Notes: generated by a model from the sequence alone, not told the origin. 39,078 nucleotides of DNA from Octopus bimaculoides (GCF_001194135.2 NC_068991.1:64435227-64474304); one strand, 5' to 3'. Numbered from the stretch's first letter, positions 22,251 to 34,244 are shown. Made by a program: numbers and translations.

Positions 22251-22817
22251 ACATAGTTAATAGTAGATTAACCGTACGATATCATGGTAAGGATCTCAGG
22301 ATGGGGTTAGATGTAGATTAAGGGTAGGATGTGTAGGTGGGGACTTGTTATATCACTAGTAATAGGGGTAGGATATTGTGCTGGAACCTGAGATTAGGGA
22401 TTGTTGGTAGGTTAACCAGGGATTAGTGAGAAGGCTCAGTAGTAGTAGTGGTGGTGGTGGTGGTGGTGGTGTTGGTGATGGTGGTTGCTGTTGTTCCTTA
22501 GCTGTAGATCAAACCTGATAGGAGAAATGTATAAACATTCCGTCTTTTTCATATGGATAGAGAAGTTGAGGGAGATTAAAAGTTCGAACGAATATACAGA
22601 GAATTCTCGTTGCCTAGGCTTAATAATAGCGTTTGTTGATAGGGTTTTAGTTGAAGATTTTGGATTGATGAGGGCCAACATATTTAACTATTGTGTCCCA
22701 CATATCGTATCCATTTGTCATCTGTAGCGTAGTGTGGAGGTGACACTTTTATGAGGGGAAGGTACTTCTCATGCGTTGTGTTCATATTACAACCAACATT
22801 GCACACTACACACGTGC

Positions 22818-22861
<44 letters not shown>

Positions 22862-23326
22862 ACCTACGATAAAATAAAATGTCCTACGATAAGATAAAAT
22901 AAAGGAANNNNNNNNNNAAAATAAAATGTCCTACGATAAGATAAAATAAAGGAAGGGCACTTTTGGTCTACTGTGTAAGCCTGTATTAGCTTGGGGGTTC
23001 GGCGGAAGTGGGATGGAAGACAAGCTCAAGAGCTGCTCCAGACGGCACACATTCTAGTTACGCCACTGGGTATTAGCCATCTTAAAGTGAATCTCGTTGT
23101 TTTTAACTTTGTGACTCCCTCCCTGGAGATCACATGTTACATAAAAATTATATAAATAATTAAAATTACCGCTGAACTGCGTCAGTAAAGTTAATAAAGC
23201 ATTTTAAAGTTAAAAAGAAATCTAGCAACGAAGAAAATTTTTTATGACTTTCTTTATGACATTTATTATAATCGTGTTTACAAAGTTATAAATAACATCT
23301 TTTTTCAATATACTCAAGAATTGTAT

Positions 23327-23862
23327 TACTCTTTTACCCTTTTATTTGTTTCAGCCATTTTACTGCACCATGCTGGAGCACCACTTTAAGTCGAACAAAT
23401 CAACCCCAGAACTTATTCTTTGTAAGCCTAATACTTATTCTATTGCTCTTTTTTGCCGAACCTCTATCATAAGTTGTCAAGCGATGGTGGAGAGACAAAC
23501 ACACAAACATATATAAACATGTATATANNNNNNNNNNNNNNNNNNNNNNNNNNNNNNNNNNNNNNNNNNNNNNNNNNNNNNNNNNNNNNNNNNNNNNNNN
23601 NNNNNNNNNNNNNNNNNNNNNNNNNNNNNNNNNNNNNNNATATGTATATATATATATACAAGCCCGTTGTATATATATATATATTATATATATATATACA
23701 ACGGGCTTCTTTCAGTTTCCCTCTACCAAATCCACTCACAAGGCTTTGGTCGGCCCGAGGCTATAGCAGTAGACACTTGCCCAAGGTGCCATACAATGAG
23801 ACTGAACCCAGAACCATGTGGTTGGTAAGCAAGCTACTTACTACACAGCCACTCCTGGACCT
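23327..23862 (-). mobile_element. SINE-BC, full length, gap inside the internal microsatellite
   Basis: Both B and C modules closely match 19851-20384; tactcttttac tail. Confidence 0.95.
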
Positions 23863-23877
23863 AGAATTTTTATAATA

Positions 23878-24075
23878 TAGGGCAGCGAATTGGCAGGAAC
23901 ACACCGGACAAAATTTCGTCCGCTTTTATGTTCTGAGTTCAAATTCCGAGGTCGACTTTGCCCTTTATCCTTTCTGAGTCGATAAAATAAGTACCAGTCG
24001 AGCACTGGGGATTGATGTAATCGACTTACCCCACCCACGTAATTGCTGGCCTTGAGCCAAAATTTAAAATTATTA
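23878..24075 (+). mobile_element. SINE-A, full length with small deletions
   Basis: ggcagcgaattggcag head, gttctgagttcaaattccgaggtcgactttgcc core, ggccttgagccaaaattt tail. Confidence 0.9.
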
Positions 24076-24365
24076 TTTTCATATTCTGCAGAATTCCATG
24101 TGACGCACTGTCTGACCACCGCGTATAGGACTAGAATATAAGATGAAAGAGTTTTGACTTCAACTTTCCTGTGGCGAACGACTGAACGTTGGTTCATGCG
24201 TCGTACCTATGTTGAATAAACTGTTAACGGTGGTTGGTCTTATTTGAATTAAAAGGATACGGTGGACTGTCATGTAGAGTTGTTGTTATTGGTGGTGAAG
24301 GTGGTGAAGGTGGTAGTAGCCTTTTTGCTGTCTAGCTCCAAGCCAAACATTAGTTCAACAGCTCT

Positions 24366-24772
24366 ATCTTTCTTTTATCTTGGATGTGGTTCAGTCATTG
24401 GACAGTAGCAATACTGCGACATCACCTTGAATGGCTTTAGTTTAACAAATCCGTCCCAGCACTTATTTTTACTAAGTTTGGTACTTCCTCTATTGGTCTC
24501 TTTGTCATACTGCTAAGTCACGGTGACGTAAATAAAATAACACCCGTTGTTAAACGGTGTGGTTGGACAAACAGTCACGAAGACCAGACACAAACACACG
24601 CACACATTTACGACGGGATTTCACGCAGTTTCCTTCTACCAAACTCACAAAGCACTTGTCGGTCTGAGACTATAGTAGAAGATACTTTCCCAAGATGCAA
24701 CGCAGTGGAACTGAACCTGAAACCACGTGACTGCAAACCGAACTTCTTAACCACGCAGCAATGTCTGCACCT
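24366..24772 (-). mobile_element. Old SINE-BC with a very short internal repeat
   Basis: ttcagtcattggac, gctaagtcacggtgacgtaaa, cagtttccttctaccaaa, ctatagtagaagatactttcccaag, cttaaccacgcagc. Confidence 0.85.
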
Positions 24773-24834
24773 TTTTGATCAAAATAGTTTCAATGATAAG
24801 CGGTCTAAAATGTTATCGCAGAACTATGACAAAA

Positions 24835-24955
24835 ACATCCCAGTCCCCCCGTCCATCCTGTCGATCTATGTATCAAGGACTATAGTGCTCACTGAGTCCC
24901 ATCATCTAATAAGCCAATCGTGTGTTATCCAGAGAGATCTGGTTGTGTTTTCTTA
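24835..24955 (-). mobile_element. Family E fragment
   Basis: tatcaaggacta and gagagatctggttg motifs shared with 20580-20590 and 19598-19612. Confidence 0.4.
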
Positions 24956-25087
24956 CAGTGTAACCAGGAAAAGTACTTGTAGTTCAAATGGCCGTCTTAT
25001 TGCAAAGATGGTCTCGCTGATTCTACCAGAAGATTACGTTAACCATTTAGCATTTATATTATCCTATCAAATGCATTGCTTAGTCTT

Positions 25088-25141
25088 TTATTCTTTTACC
25101 TGTTTCAATTACTTGACTGCGGCCATGCTGGAGCACCGCCT
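25088..25141 (-). mobile_element. 54-bp extreme 3' end of SINE-BC (5'-truncated insertion)
   Basis: cttttacctgtttcaattacttgactgcggccatgctggagcaccgcct. Confidence 0.85.
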
Positions 25142-25767
25142 AATTCATTCACATTGTTTTGAATTAATCATGCATTATCTCATAAATTTCAGATTTTATT
25201 TTGAGGTAACTGCTAATTTTTAGAATAATATTGTTGGGTTGGTGTGAGGGGCCACATCTGGCCTGTTTTGACATAAAACAAGTCATAATATTTTGGCCGG
25301 ATATGGCCGGTTTAAATACTGTTGAATACTTGACGACAAGCAATGTCACAGAAAGTGGAGATAGTTGATCGAACAATGGAAATAACTGAAACGGATCATT
25401 TATTTTAGAATTATATTTGCTGTTGTTATTAGTCTTGTTGTTGTTGGTTCTAGTCTCGATGGCGGTGTTGTTATTGTTGTAGATGGGGTTATTAATGCTG
25501 GTGCTGGTGTGTTTTTGTTGTTTTGGTTGTTGCTATTGGCTGTTGTTAATGTTGCTCTATACGTTGACATTGATGTTTATGCTTAAGAAGTTATTTTGAT
25601 GCGTTACTGGTGCTATTTATCCAGTTAGAGATGATGATGATGATGATGATGATGATAGTTGTTATATTGGTGGTGAAGGTGTTGGTGATGATGAATGTGA
25701 TGGCGATCGTAGAGGTGATGGTAATGACGAGAAGGAAGAGACTACTAAATTTATTAGGTTGAGTGAC

Positions 25768-25960
25768 TCTTGGCAGTCGTCCCACCTGCTAGAAACAACA
25801 ACAAAAAAAATCTACATCAATTCAAATCCTTCTGTGTCAGAAAAGAAGCACATATTAGATACTGTGGTCTTGAATACACTGTGCTCGCAAATAAGACGGG
25901 ACAGTCACAAGTGGAATGTTTCTGAGCATAAGTCTGTCCGTTCAAAGTTTACTTGAGGTT
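25768..25960 (+). mobile_element. Family E copy
   Basis: cacctgctagaaa...agatactgtggtcttgaataca...agacgggacagtcacaagtggaatg is the reverse complement of the 19452 and 20505 copies. Confidence 0.6.
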
Positions 25961-26854
25961 AAATAGCATCAACAGAGATTAGATGCTGCTTTGTCGTTTG
26001 ACCGACTACGGATTTCTCATAACCAGACGATCGTTCACTTCGGGGTTTACAAGAACAACAACAAGGTCAACGACTAACAATCTGCAGATGTTACTCAAAC
26101 GTTTGGCATATGTGTCATGTCAGACGGAGGATTGGCCAATCTGGGGTTACATAACAACAGCGATAACAAAGAATCATTAGATTATATATGTGTGCCAATG
26201 CTGAATTGAAGAGAAAAAAATGATGCAAAATGAGAACAAGGATCAAAAGAGGAAACAGAAGCTAGGAGTGATGTAGAAAGAAAGAATAAGAATAAAAGAT
26301 AGAAATAACTCAAGAACACAATTAAAAAACAGAAAACAAATATAAGCCTAGAAACTGAAAGAAAACGTATAATTCGAAGACGGCAAAATTAAAAAGCAGG
26401 AGAGGTACAAAACATGATGTGAATAGCTTGAGATAGGTAATGGGTTATAATTATTTCTGAAGAAATTTAAGAAAAGAATATTAGTAGATCACAAAGAAAT
26501 GCAAATGTTATTCAAAATAGAAGTACAAGAATTAAAAGACATAGACAACTGTGAGAAAAGTTACTGCATCAATCATGGGAGCCTATGAATATTTAGTACC
26601 AAATATTTTTTTCTAATCTGAGAATCTTTCAGAAGTTTAATTCAGTCGCTGAAGTCATAAAGGCACAACATTGCCAAATTATGGTATTAAAAAAAAAAAA
26701 TTACGGAACTCTAATTATATAAATTTCAAAGACAACTTATAAGTCTGAACATTTGCTTTGGAGCCTCTGATATCGGCTGCTCTAGGTTACGGGTTACATT
26801 GGTTTCGTGCTGGTAGTCAAACCTATCATTGTACTAGTAATATGCATCCTATTG

Positions 26855-27463
26855 AGGGCGGCGAGTTGGCAGAAACGTTAGCGCGCCGGGCGAAATGTTT
26901 ATCGATATTCCGTATGCCGCTACGTTCTGAGTTCAAATTCCACCGAGGTCGACTTTGCCTTTCATCCTTTCGGGGTCGATAAATTAAGTACCAGTTATGC
27001 ACTGGGGTCGATGTAATCGACTTAATCCCTTTGTCTGTCCTTGTTTGTCCCCTCTATGTTTAGCCTCTTGTGGGTAATAAAGAAATAAGAAATGTTACGT
27101 TCTGAGTTCAAATTCCGCCGAGGTCAACTTTGCCTTTCATCCTTTCGGGGTCGATAAATTAATTACCAGTTACGCACTGGGGTCGATGTAATCAACTTAA
27201 TCCCTTTGTCTGTCCGTGTTTGTCCCCTCTATGTTTAGCCCCTTGTGGGCAATAAAGAAATAAGAAACGTTAGCTCGCTGGGCGAAATGCTTAGCGGTAT
27301 TTCGTCTGCCGTTACGTTCTGAGTTCAAGTTCCACCGAGGTCGACTTTGCCTTTCATCCTTTCGGGGTCGATAAATTAAGTACCAGTTTTGTACCGGGGA
27401 CGACTTAATCGACTGAACCACGCCTCCCCAAAAATTTCGGGCCTTGTGGTTAGAGTAGAAAAG
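26855..27463 (+). mobile_element. Trimeric SINE-A flanked by a 16-bp target-site duplication
   Basis: Three cores in tandem (units from about 26855, 27094 and 27263); TSD aatatgcatcctattg (26839-26854) / aatatgcatcctgttg (27464-27479). Confidence 0.95.
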
Positions 27464-27554
27464 AATATGCATCCTGTTGGAAAAGAATCTCGACGTTTTG
27501 CCCCACTTTTGCTTAATTGATTAAAAATAGTCGTTTATATAACAGGAGTGTGAA

Positions 27555-27780
27555 AAAGGCGGTGTACTGGCAGAACTGTTAGCACACCAGGCAAAATGCT
27601 TTGCAGCTACTTTTTTGTCTGTCTGTACGTTTTGAGTTCAAATTCACCCGAGGTCGACTTTGCCTTTTATCTTTACAGGGTCGATAAAATAATTACCAGT
27701 TGAACACTGAGCTCGATGTAATCAACTTACCAAGTTCCACTCAAATTACTAGCCTTGAACCAAAATTTGAAACCAATATT
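27555..27780 (+). mobile_element. SINE-A, full length, diverged
   Basis: aaggcggtgtactggcagaactgttagc head; ttgagttcaaattcacccgaggtcgactttgcc core. Confidence 0.9.
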
Positions 27781-28977
27781 AGACTACAGAAACAAATTCA
27801 TGAAAACTGAAGTTATGATTTCATTAAATCAGATCATTCATGTAAAAAAAATGTTCATGCTTTTTGCGTATAAAATGTTAGGAGTTAAAAGAGGATCAAC
27901 AAGCGTTATTACATATCATATCAAACGTCAGTTGTCAACATGCCATTCAAAGCAGTCGGAAAAGAGTAACTGTAGACTTTATAACTCCCCAACCGTGGAT
28001 AGAGTGGCAGTAATTTCTTTTTATTGTTGACGATGAACGTGTTTTAAACGTGACTTACCCGTTTACCCTGGCATACCAGAAAATACTCTTATCAATTTAA
28101 ACATACTGAGCTTCCTTTTTATATAATGACAAGCGCATTATTTTGTCCCCATGGAGAATCAGGATTGCAGTCAAGATAAGATTAAGCATTAATTCTGAAC
28201 TGGTTACCAACAATAGGCGCTACGATATCATTACGTTGTTATACAAAGCTGCCTAATCAGCAGCAAAATAATGATTCAATCCACTTCTGTATGAAGCAAT
28301 CGGTTGTCGGATCTCATTTTCAAATTCAGTTAAATAGTTTGAATTCTGTGTGATACCAAATAGAACAGTTCAAAGTTGAACAACATTAAAAACTTACCAA
28401 TTACCTAGCTACTGTTGTTGGCAATGCAAATAAATCATGTAGGATGTATAGCTATTTTCCTATTTTATTTCAAGTATCACCAAGTAACACAAGAGACCAA
28501 TGCAGCAAGGCCATTGTTGTCGGGGAAAATTTGGAGAGCCAGGTATATTTACCACTACGATATGCAATTCTTCCTGCTATGAAATTACACATAATCTTAT
28601 ACCCAGAAGACACCCCTTAAACAGAATAGATATTGTGGTATTTAAAATAAAACTGCAAGAATTATTGAAAGATATCATGGAAATAATATTTGAGGAAATG
28701 TTCAGGCTTATTGCTTTTCCATTAAATTCTAGAAACGAGAATGACTTCATGCTCATACGTTGAACGGGGGGTTATAAAATGTTCAATGACTCATGAAAAA
28801 AATACACGCAGTTATGTGCACAGAAATACCTGATTTAATGGCTTGGTTAAGAAATGCATTATTCATGGTCCCTGTGGCAATCTAACTCCGAATGCACGAT
28901 GTATGGAAAATAATACAAGTAGTAAATGATTCTGCAAGGAATTCGGTGAGAATACTGAAGCTAATGCTGACGGTTAA

Positions 28978-29226
28978 CCAATGTACAAAAGACGACCAAA
29001 TACCTATTTCTTTACTGGCCACAAGGGGCTACACACAGAGGGGACAAACAAGGACAGACAAACGGATTAAGTCGATTATATCGACCCCAGTGCGTAACTG
29101 GTACTTAATTTATCGACCCCGAAAGGATGAAAGGCAAAGTCGACCTCGGCGGAATTTGAACTCAGAGCGCAGTGACAAACGAAATACCGTTAAGCATTTT
29201 GCCCAGTACGCTAACGTTTCTGCCAC
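28978..29226 (-). mobile_element. SINE-A with the alternative (beta) tail and a remnant of a second unit
   Basis: Head, core, then taatccgtttgtctgtccttgtttgtcccctctgtgtgtagccccttgtggccagtaaagaaata/ggtattt junction, as at 38052-38378. Confidence 0.95.
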
Positions 29227-29444
29227 TGTGCAAATTATGAACAACACAGATGACTGCGGACAATTTGTTCCTCGCAGTAAACATTAGTTTCAAGCTTACT
29301 TGCCATATTAGTATAGATGTACACTGATACAGGGTTGAACATCGACACCAACATTAATAGCAATAAGCCCAACAGTTTTAAATCTACTAAATTATTACCG
29401 TTCTTGGCCGTCTGACCTTAGTTACGCCTCCTTTAACCTAAGCC

Positions 29445-29655
29445 TTTCCTCTACTTGTTTCAGTCATTAGATTGAGGCCATGCAGTCTAATGAGTGAGAC
29501 CAGAAATTATTTTTGTTTTTAAGCCTCGTACTTATTCTATAGATCTCTCTTTTACTGAACCGCTAAGTTACCGTGGACGTAAACACAGCAACACCGGTTG
29601 TCAAGTGGTGTTGGGGGCAAACACAGACACAAAGACACACTCACTCACACACACA

Positions 29656-29706
<51 letters not shown>

Positions 29707-29869
29707 GACGTGCCTCTTTCCAGTTTCCTTCCAACAAATCCACTTACAAGGCTTTGGTCGAGCCGTTGCTAGAGTAGAAGACAATTACGCAAGGTGCCAC
29801 GTAGTAGTATTGAACCCGGTACCATGTGGTTAGGAAGCAAATTTCTTACCACACAGCCATGCCTGCGCA
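29445..29869 (-). mobile_element. SINE-BC, diverged, internal (TG)n
   Basis: cttgtttcagtcatt, gaaccgctaagttac, ggttgtcaagtggtgttggggg, (CA)n, aaatccacttacaaggctttggtc, cttaccacacagcca. Confidence 0.9.
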
Positions 29870-30541
29870 TTTGCAACTGAGAATATAAAATATGTTTCTC
29901 CATTTATCCCAAGAGAGGCTTCTCTTCCACATAAATAGCTGAACCCTGAAAGAACCAACGAGAGAAAAACTATTTGCATTCATCCGACACACTGGAAAAT
30001 TATTCTTGGATGTGCGGCCCCTTCTTCGTCTTCTGCTGCTAAATTCTCACCTTTTCTTTCTTTCTTTTTCTGTTTCTCTCTTTCCTTGTAATTATATGAG
30101 ATTGTTAAATATCTAAAATTTAAATACTTAAAAAAGACAAGGTAGGTCATAGTTAGAATGCCTGTGGTCACATCTCAAGTCGATTAAGGCTGATTAGGGC
30201 GGAGATAAAGAATAACATGAAGCTGTGAAAGTTCATTAAGCAATCTCGAATTTGCGATGCGTTGTTATATGTAAAGGTAAATTGATTAACCTAATTTATT
30301 ACTGGTAGTAGTCACCTTAGAATACATTCTATCACACCTGTAGCAGATATTCGCCGGTAAAGGTAAGGAAGCGGAGGCAGGGTAAGATAGTTCATTGGTG
30401 AAGTGTAGCAACAGTATTGTGGATGATACAGGTGAAACTGTTGCAGAGGTAGCATTAGAAAGAACTGTTCTAAAGCGAGCGAAAATAATCAGGTCATACC
30501 TGCCTGGTTTATCAGACGTGACTTAATTGGTTAAAACAGTC

Positions 30542-30543
<2 letters not shown>

Positions 30544-30600
<57 letters not shown>

Positions 30601-31928
30601 NNNNNNNNNNGCTATCTCTCTCTCTCCCTCTCTCTCTCTCTCTCCCTTCTCTCTCCCTTCCTCTTCCTCTGTGTATATGTGTGTGTGTTTGTGTACACAT
30701 AAATCTGTTGTGTTTAAATCAGTTGTCTATTAATGTGTGCGTGTGTGCGTATGCATCAGTGGGAAAGGAGAGAGACTAAAATACAGAGAGAAATTAAAAG
30801 TGAGAGATAGAAGTGAAAAAGACAATGATGTATTTGTGTGTGAGAGAGAGAGAGAGAGGGGGGAGGGGAAAGAGAGAAAAAGAAAGATGAGGAAAAAGCG
30901 ATAAATATATGTGTGTGAGAGAGAGAGAGAGAGAAAGAGGTGAAAGAAAAGAGGAAGCTGTGTTGTGTGTGTGTCTGAGAGAAGGAAGAGAATGTGTGTT
31001 TCTGAGTGAAAGTGAAAGTGAAAGTAGAGCATGCAAAAGAAAGAATGTGAATGTGCGTAAGAAAGAGAGATAGAAAATGAGAGTGAATATGTATGGTTGA
31101 TAAAGAGTATGTGTATAAGAGAGAGAGAGGTGGAGAGAATAAGAGAAAAAGAAAAATAGAGAAAGAAAGAAAGAAAAAGAAAGTGTTCAAGGGACTATGT
31201 TTACGAATATGCGTGATTGTGAGTTTGTTTGTTTGAGAGAGTGTGTAGTTATGACCGAGCTTGTGTATGTGTGTGCGCGCACGTGTGTGAGTATGCATGT
31301 GTGTATGTGTGCGCGCATGTGTGTATGTGTGCGCATGCGTGTGCATGAAAACAGATGTGTGAGTGCGCATGGGTGTGTGTGCGCATTTGGGACTGGACGT
31401 AAAATATGCCTATATATGAGTGTGTGTGTGTGTGTGTGTGTGTGAGTGTGTGTGTGTGCTTGAGAGGGAGAGAGAAAGAGAGAGAGGTATTGTATTTGTA
31501 TGAGAAAGATAATTGTGTGAGTGTGTGTGCACGTTTTGTTTCTGTAGAAATATATATATATTTGCGCGCGTGTGTGTGTGTGTGTGCGTCTCTGTGTGTG
31601 TGTGTGTATGTATACATGTATACACGTATGAATGAGAGACTGTTTATACCTGATAGAGAGAGAGAATATTTGTGTGAAATACATAATACAAGAGAGCCTG
31701 TGTGTTTGTGAAGCTGCACGTGTTACTGTGTGTGCATGTGAGAGTGTGAATGTCAATGCATATGCTTGTGTGTGTGTGTGTGTGTGTGTGTGTCTGTGTG
31801 TGTGTGTGTGTGTCTGTGCGTGCGTATCCACCATCTCTATGTCTACTTGTGTTTCAGCCTCTACTTGTGTTTACATAGATTTGATGCAGTCGATTTAAGT
31901 GCATTTGTATGTGTGTGTGTACACACGT

Positions 31929-31967
<39 letters not shown>

Positions 31968-32460
31968 GCACTACCACCACACACTCATACACACACACAT
32001 ACACGCACGGAAATATAAATATTAATAAGTCATAATGGTGTGTGCTATGAGCAAACTAATATATAACATATACCCAATTTTATATACATATATTTGTGCA
32101 TATCTGGGTGTTTCTGCGCCTCTCTCTTTTTCTATGAGAGAGAAAAAATACATCCATATATACAATATAAAAAAATGCGTTTGTGTGTGTGTTTGTGTGT
32201 AGTGTTGTGTATGTGTGTGTGGTGTGTGTGTGTGTGTGTTGTACGTGTGTTTGCACATGTATAGTATTTAGTTTGTTGTTTTTGCAACTGCTCTTCAAAG
32301 GATCGAAGTAGAACCGATACATATATGCACGAATGAACACGAAAAAAGAGAGAGAAAGAGAGAGGGGGGAGATAGGGAGAGGCAAAGAACAGAGAGGAGG
32401 AAGGAGAAATGCTGAGAGGTGAGAGATATTTACGAAATTACACTCAGGTGGAGAGAGAAA
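30544..32460. repeat. Extended (CT)n/(GA)n/(GT)n/(CA)n low-complexity region
   Basis: Alternating purine-rich and GT/AC-rich simple-sequence blocks. Confidence 0.85.
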
Positions 32461-32628
32461 ACGAGATGGTGATGGTGATGGTGATGCATATAAATGGCGA
32501 AAGACAGAAAAGGGGCCAAAACTGAAGGTGTGACAGAAAGGGTGAAAGCGTAAGAGCAAAAAGAACGAGAAAAGAAAGAGAGATGGAAGAGGGAAACAGA
32601 ATGAAATTGCGTTTCAAGGGAAAAACTA

Positions 32629-32750
32629 TGCGTGACCTGGTGGCTAGGGTGCTGGGGGTTCGATTCCTGGACCGAGCATTCGGATGTGTATTTGCGGAAG
32701 GTACTTTCATTTCCCGTTGCTCTTCGTCAATCAACTGACAATAAGTACCC
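32629..32750 (+). mobile_element. Degraded tRNA-headed, Meta-domain-like SINE
   Basis: gtgacctggtggctagggtgct (A-box-like), ggttcgattcc (B box), then actttcatttcccgttgctc...caactgacaataagtacc. Confidence 0.45.
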
Positions 32751-33465
32751 GCCTAGATTTGCTACAGACCTCACNNNNNNNNNNNNNNNNNNNNNNNNNN
32801 NNNNNNNNNNNNNNNNNNNNNNNNNNNNNNNNNNNNNNNNNNNNNNNNNNNNNNNNNNNNNNNNNNNNNNNNNNNNNNNNNNNNNNNNNNNNNNNNNNNN
32901 NNNNNNNNNNNNNNNNNNNNNNNNNNNNNNNNNNNNNNNNNNNNNNNNNNNNNNNNNNNNNNNNNNNNNNNNNNNNNNNNNNNNNNNNNNNNNNNNNNNN
33001 NNNNNNNNNNNNNNNNNNNNNNNNNNNNNNNNNNNNNNNNNNNNNNNNNNNNNNNNNNNNNNNNNNNNNNNNNNNNATATATATATATATATATATATAT
33101 AAACATATGACAGGGAGAGGAAAAGAAGAGTCGACAAATAAAAGAAAATCCAGGATTGGAGAGAATCATGATCAAAATCAGTGGGAAGAATCCGAGGAAG
33201 TAGATAGAGGTAGTTACGACGTTTCAGGCACATACATGTAAATAAACACATACGTACGCGCGCGCGCATTTATACACGATGGTAGTAAAGAGATGAAAGA
33301 AGTGTATTTATACTGTAAATTGCTGTCAATGTCTCATCTTGTTTCTCTGGTAGTAGAGTTAGCTTACAGCTTTCTTTCATTGGCGCGGTTTCATAGTAAG
33401 CCAGAACCAACAAAAATACCAATGAAGACGGCACTAACCAATCATACATACTTACATGTATCAAA

Positions 33466-33646
33466 GGATCAAAGACTCCTCATAAGGCTGGTTTCCAGGT
33501 TTCTCTGGCATATATATTCAACCCCTGGACGGGACACCGGTGAGTGGCAAGATTACTCACTTTTGCCAGCTAAGTGCACTGGGATTGAAACCACGATCTT
33601 ACCATCATGGGTGCAACATCCTAATCACTAAACCACTCACCTGCAC
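33466..33646 (-). mobile_element. tRNA-headed SINE with a Meta/V-like 3' part and internal deletion
   Basis: Minus strand gtgcaggtgagtggtttagtgattagg...ggtttcaatccc, then agctggcaaaagtgagta, ccggtgtcccgtccagggg, agaaacctgg. Domain naming is from recall only. Confidence 0.55.
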
Positions 33647-33960
33647 ACTTACTTTCATACATGCTCATAAATATGAACATAAACGTACTATTTAATACAT
33701 CTATTCATATATAAGTGCGTATATATGTATACGTATGTACTATCTATTTCAAAAAATAGACAAAAACACGACAAACGGAAAATTCGTAGCTAAGCACTCA
33801 TTACTCAAAGTCCGAAAGATCCTTACAGTTTCGCGCCTTTTAATGTTGATAATGTTCACTTTTGATGGCGCTAGTGATAAAAAGCTACTGGGAATAGCTA
33901 ACGAACGTACAGGATAATGACAATAACAAACAAGACAAATTAAAATAATTATAATAATAA

Positions 33961-34244
33961 TGTTGTTGGCACTCCGTCGCTTACGAAGTCGAGGGTTCCA
34001 GTTGATCCGATCAACGGAACAGCCTGCTCGTGAAATTAACGTGCAAGTGGCTGAGCACTCCACAGACACGTGTACCCTTAACGTAGTTCTCGGAGACATT
34101 CAGCGTGACACAGTGTGACAAGGCTGACCCTTTGAATTACAGGCACAAAAGAAACAAGAAGTAAGAGTGAGAGAAAGTTGTGGTGAAAGAGTACAGCAGG
34201 GTTCGCCACCATCCCCTGCCTGAGTCACGTGGAGCTTTAGGTGT
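33961..34244 (-). mobile_element. SINE-D copy 1 (5' head lost in gap)
   Basis: Reverse complement matches 36085-36368 with 16 substitutions in 284 nt by my manual count and no indels. Confidence 0.95.

Noticed and set aside
22290-22435. Degenerate TTAGGG-like, G-rich stretch
   Set aside because: No tandem perfect telomeric units; too diffuse to call an interstitial telomere or a G-quadruplex.
22868-22953. Direct repeat aaaataaaatgtcctacgataagataaaataaaggaa on both sides of a 10-N gap
   Set aside because: Typical unmerged contig overlap; probably an assembly artefact.
26170-26560. A-rich purine stretch considered as a LINE remnant
   Set aside because: Frequent stops and no reverse transcriptase or endonuclease motif; no autonomous element was found anywhere in the window.
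26855-27463. Regularly spaced repeats superficially like a CRISPR or satellite array
   Set aside because: Units are 170-240 bp SINE bodies without unique spacers, in eukaryotic DNA.
28500-28763. 87-aa ORF in unique DNA
   Set aside because: No recognisable motif and no convincing splice or promoter context.
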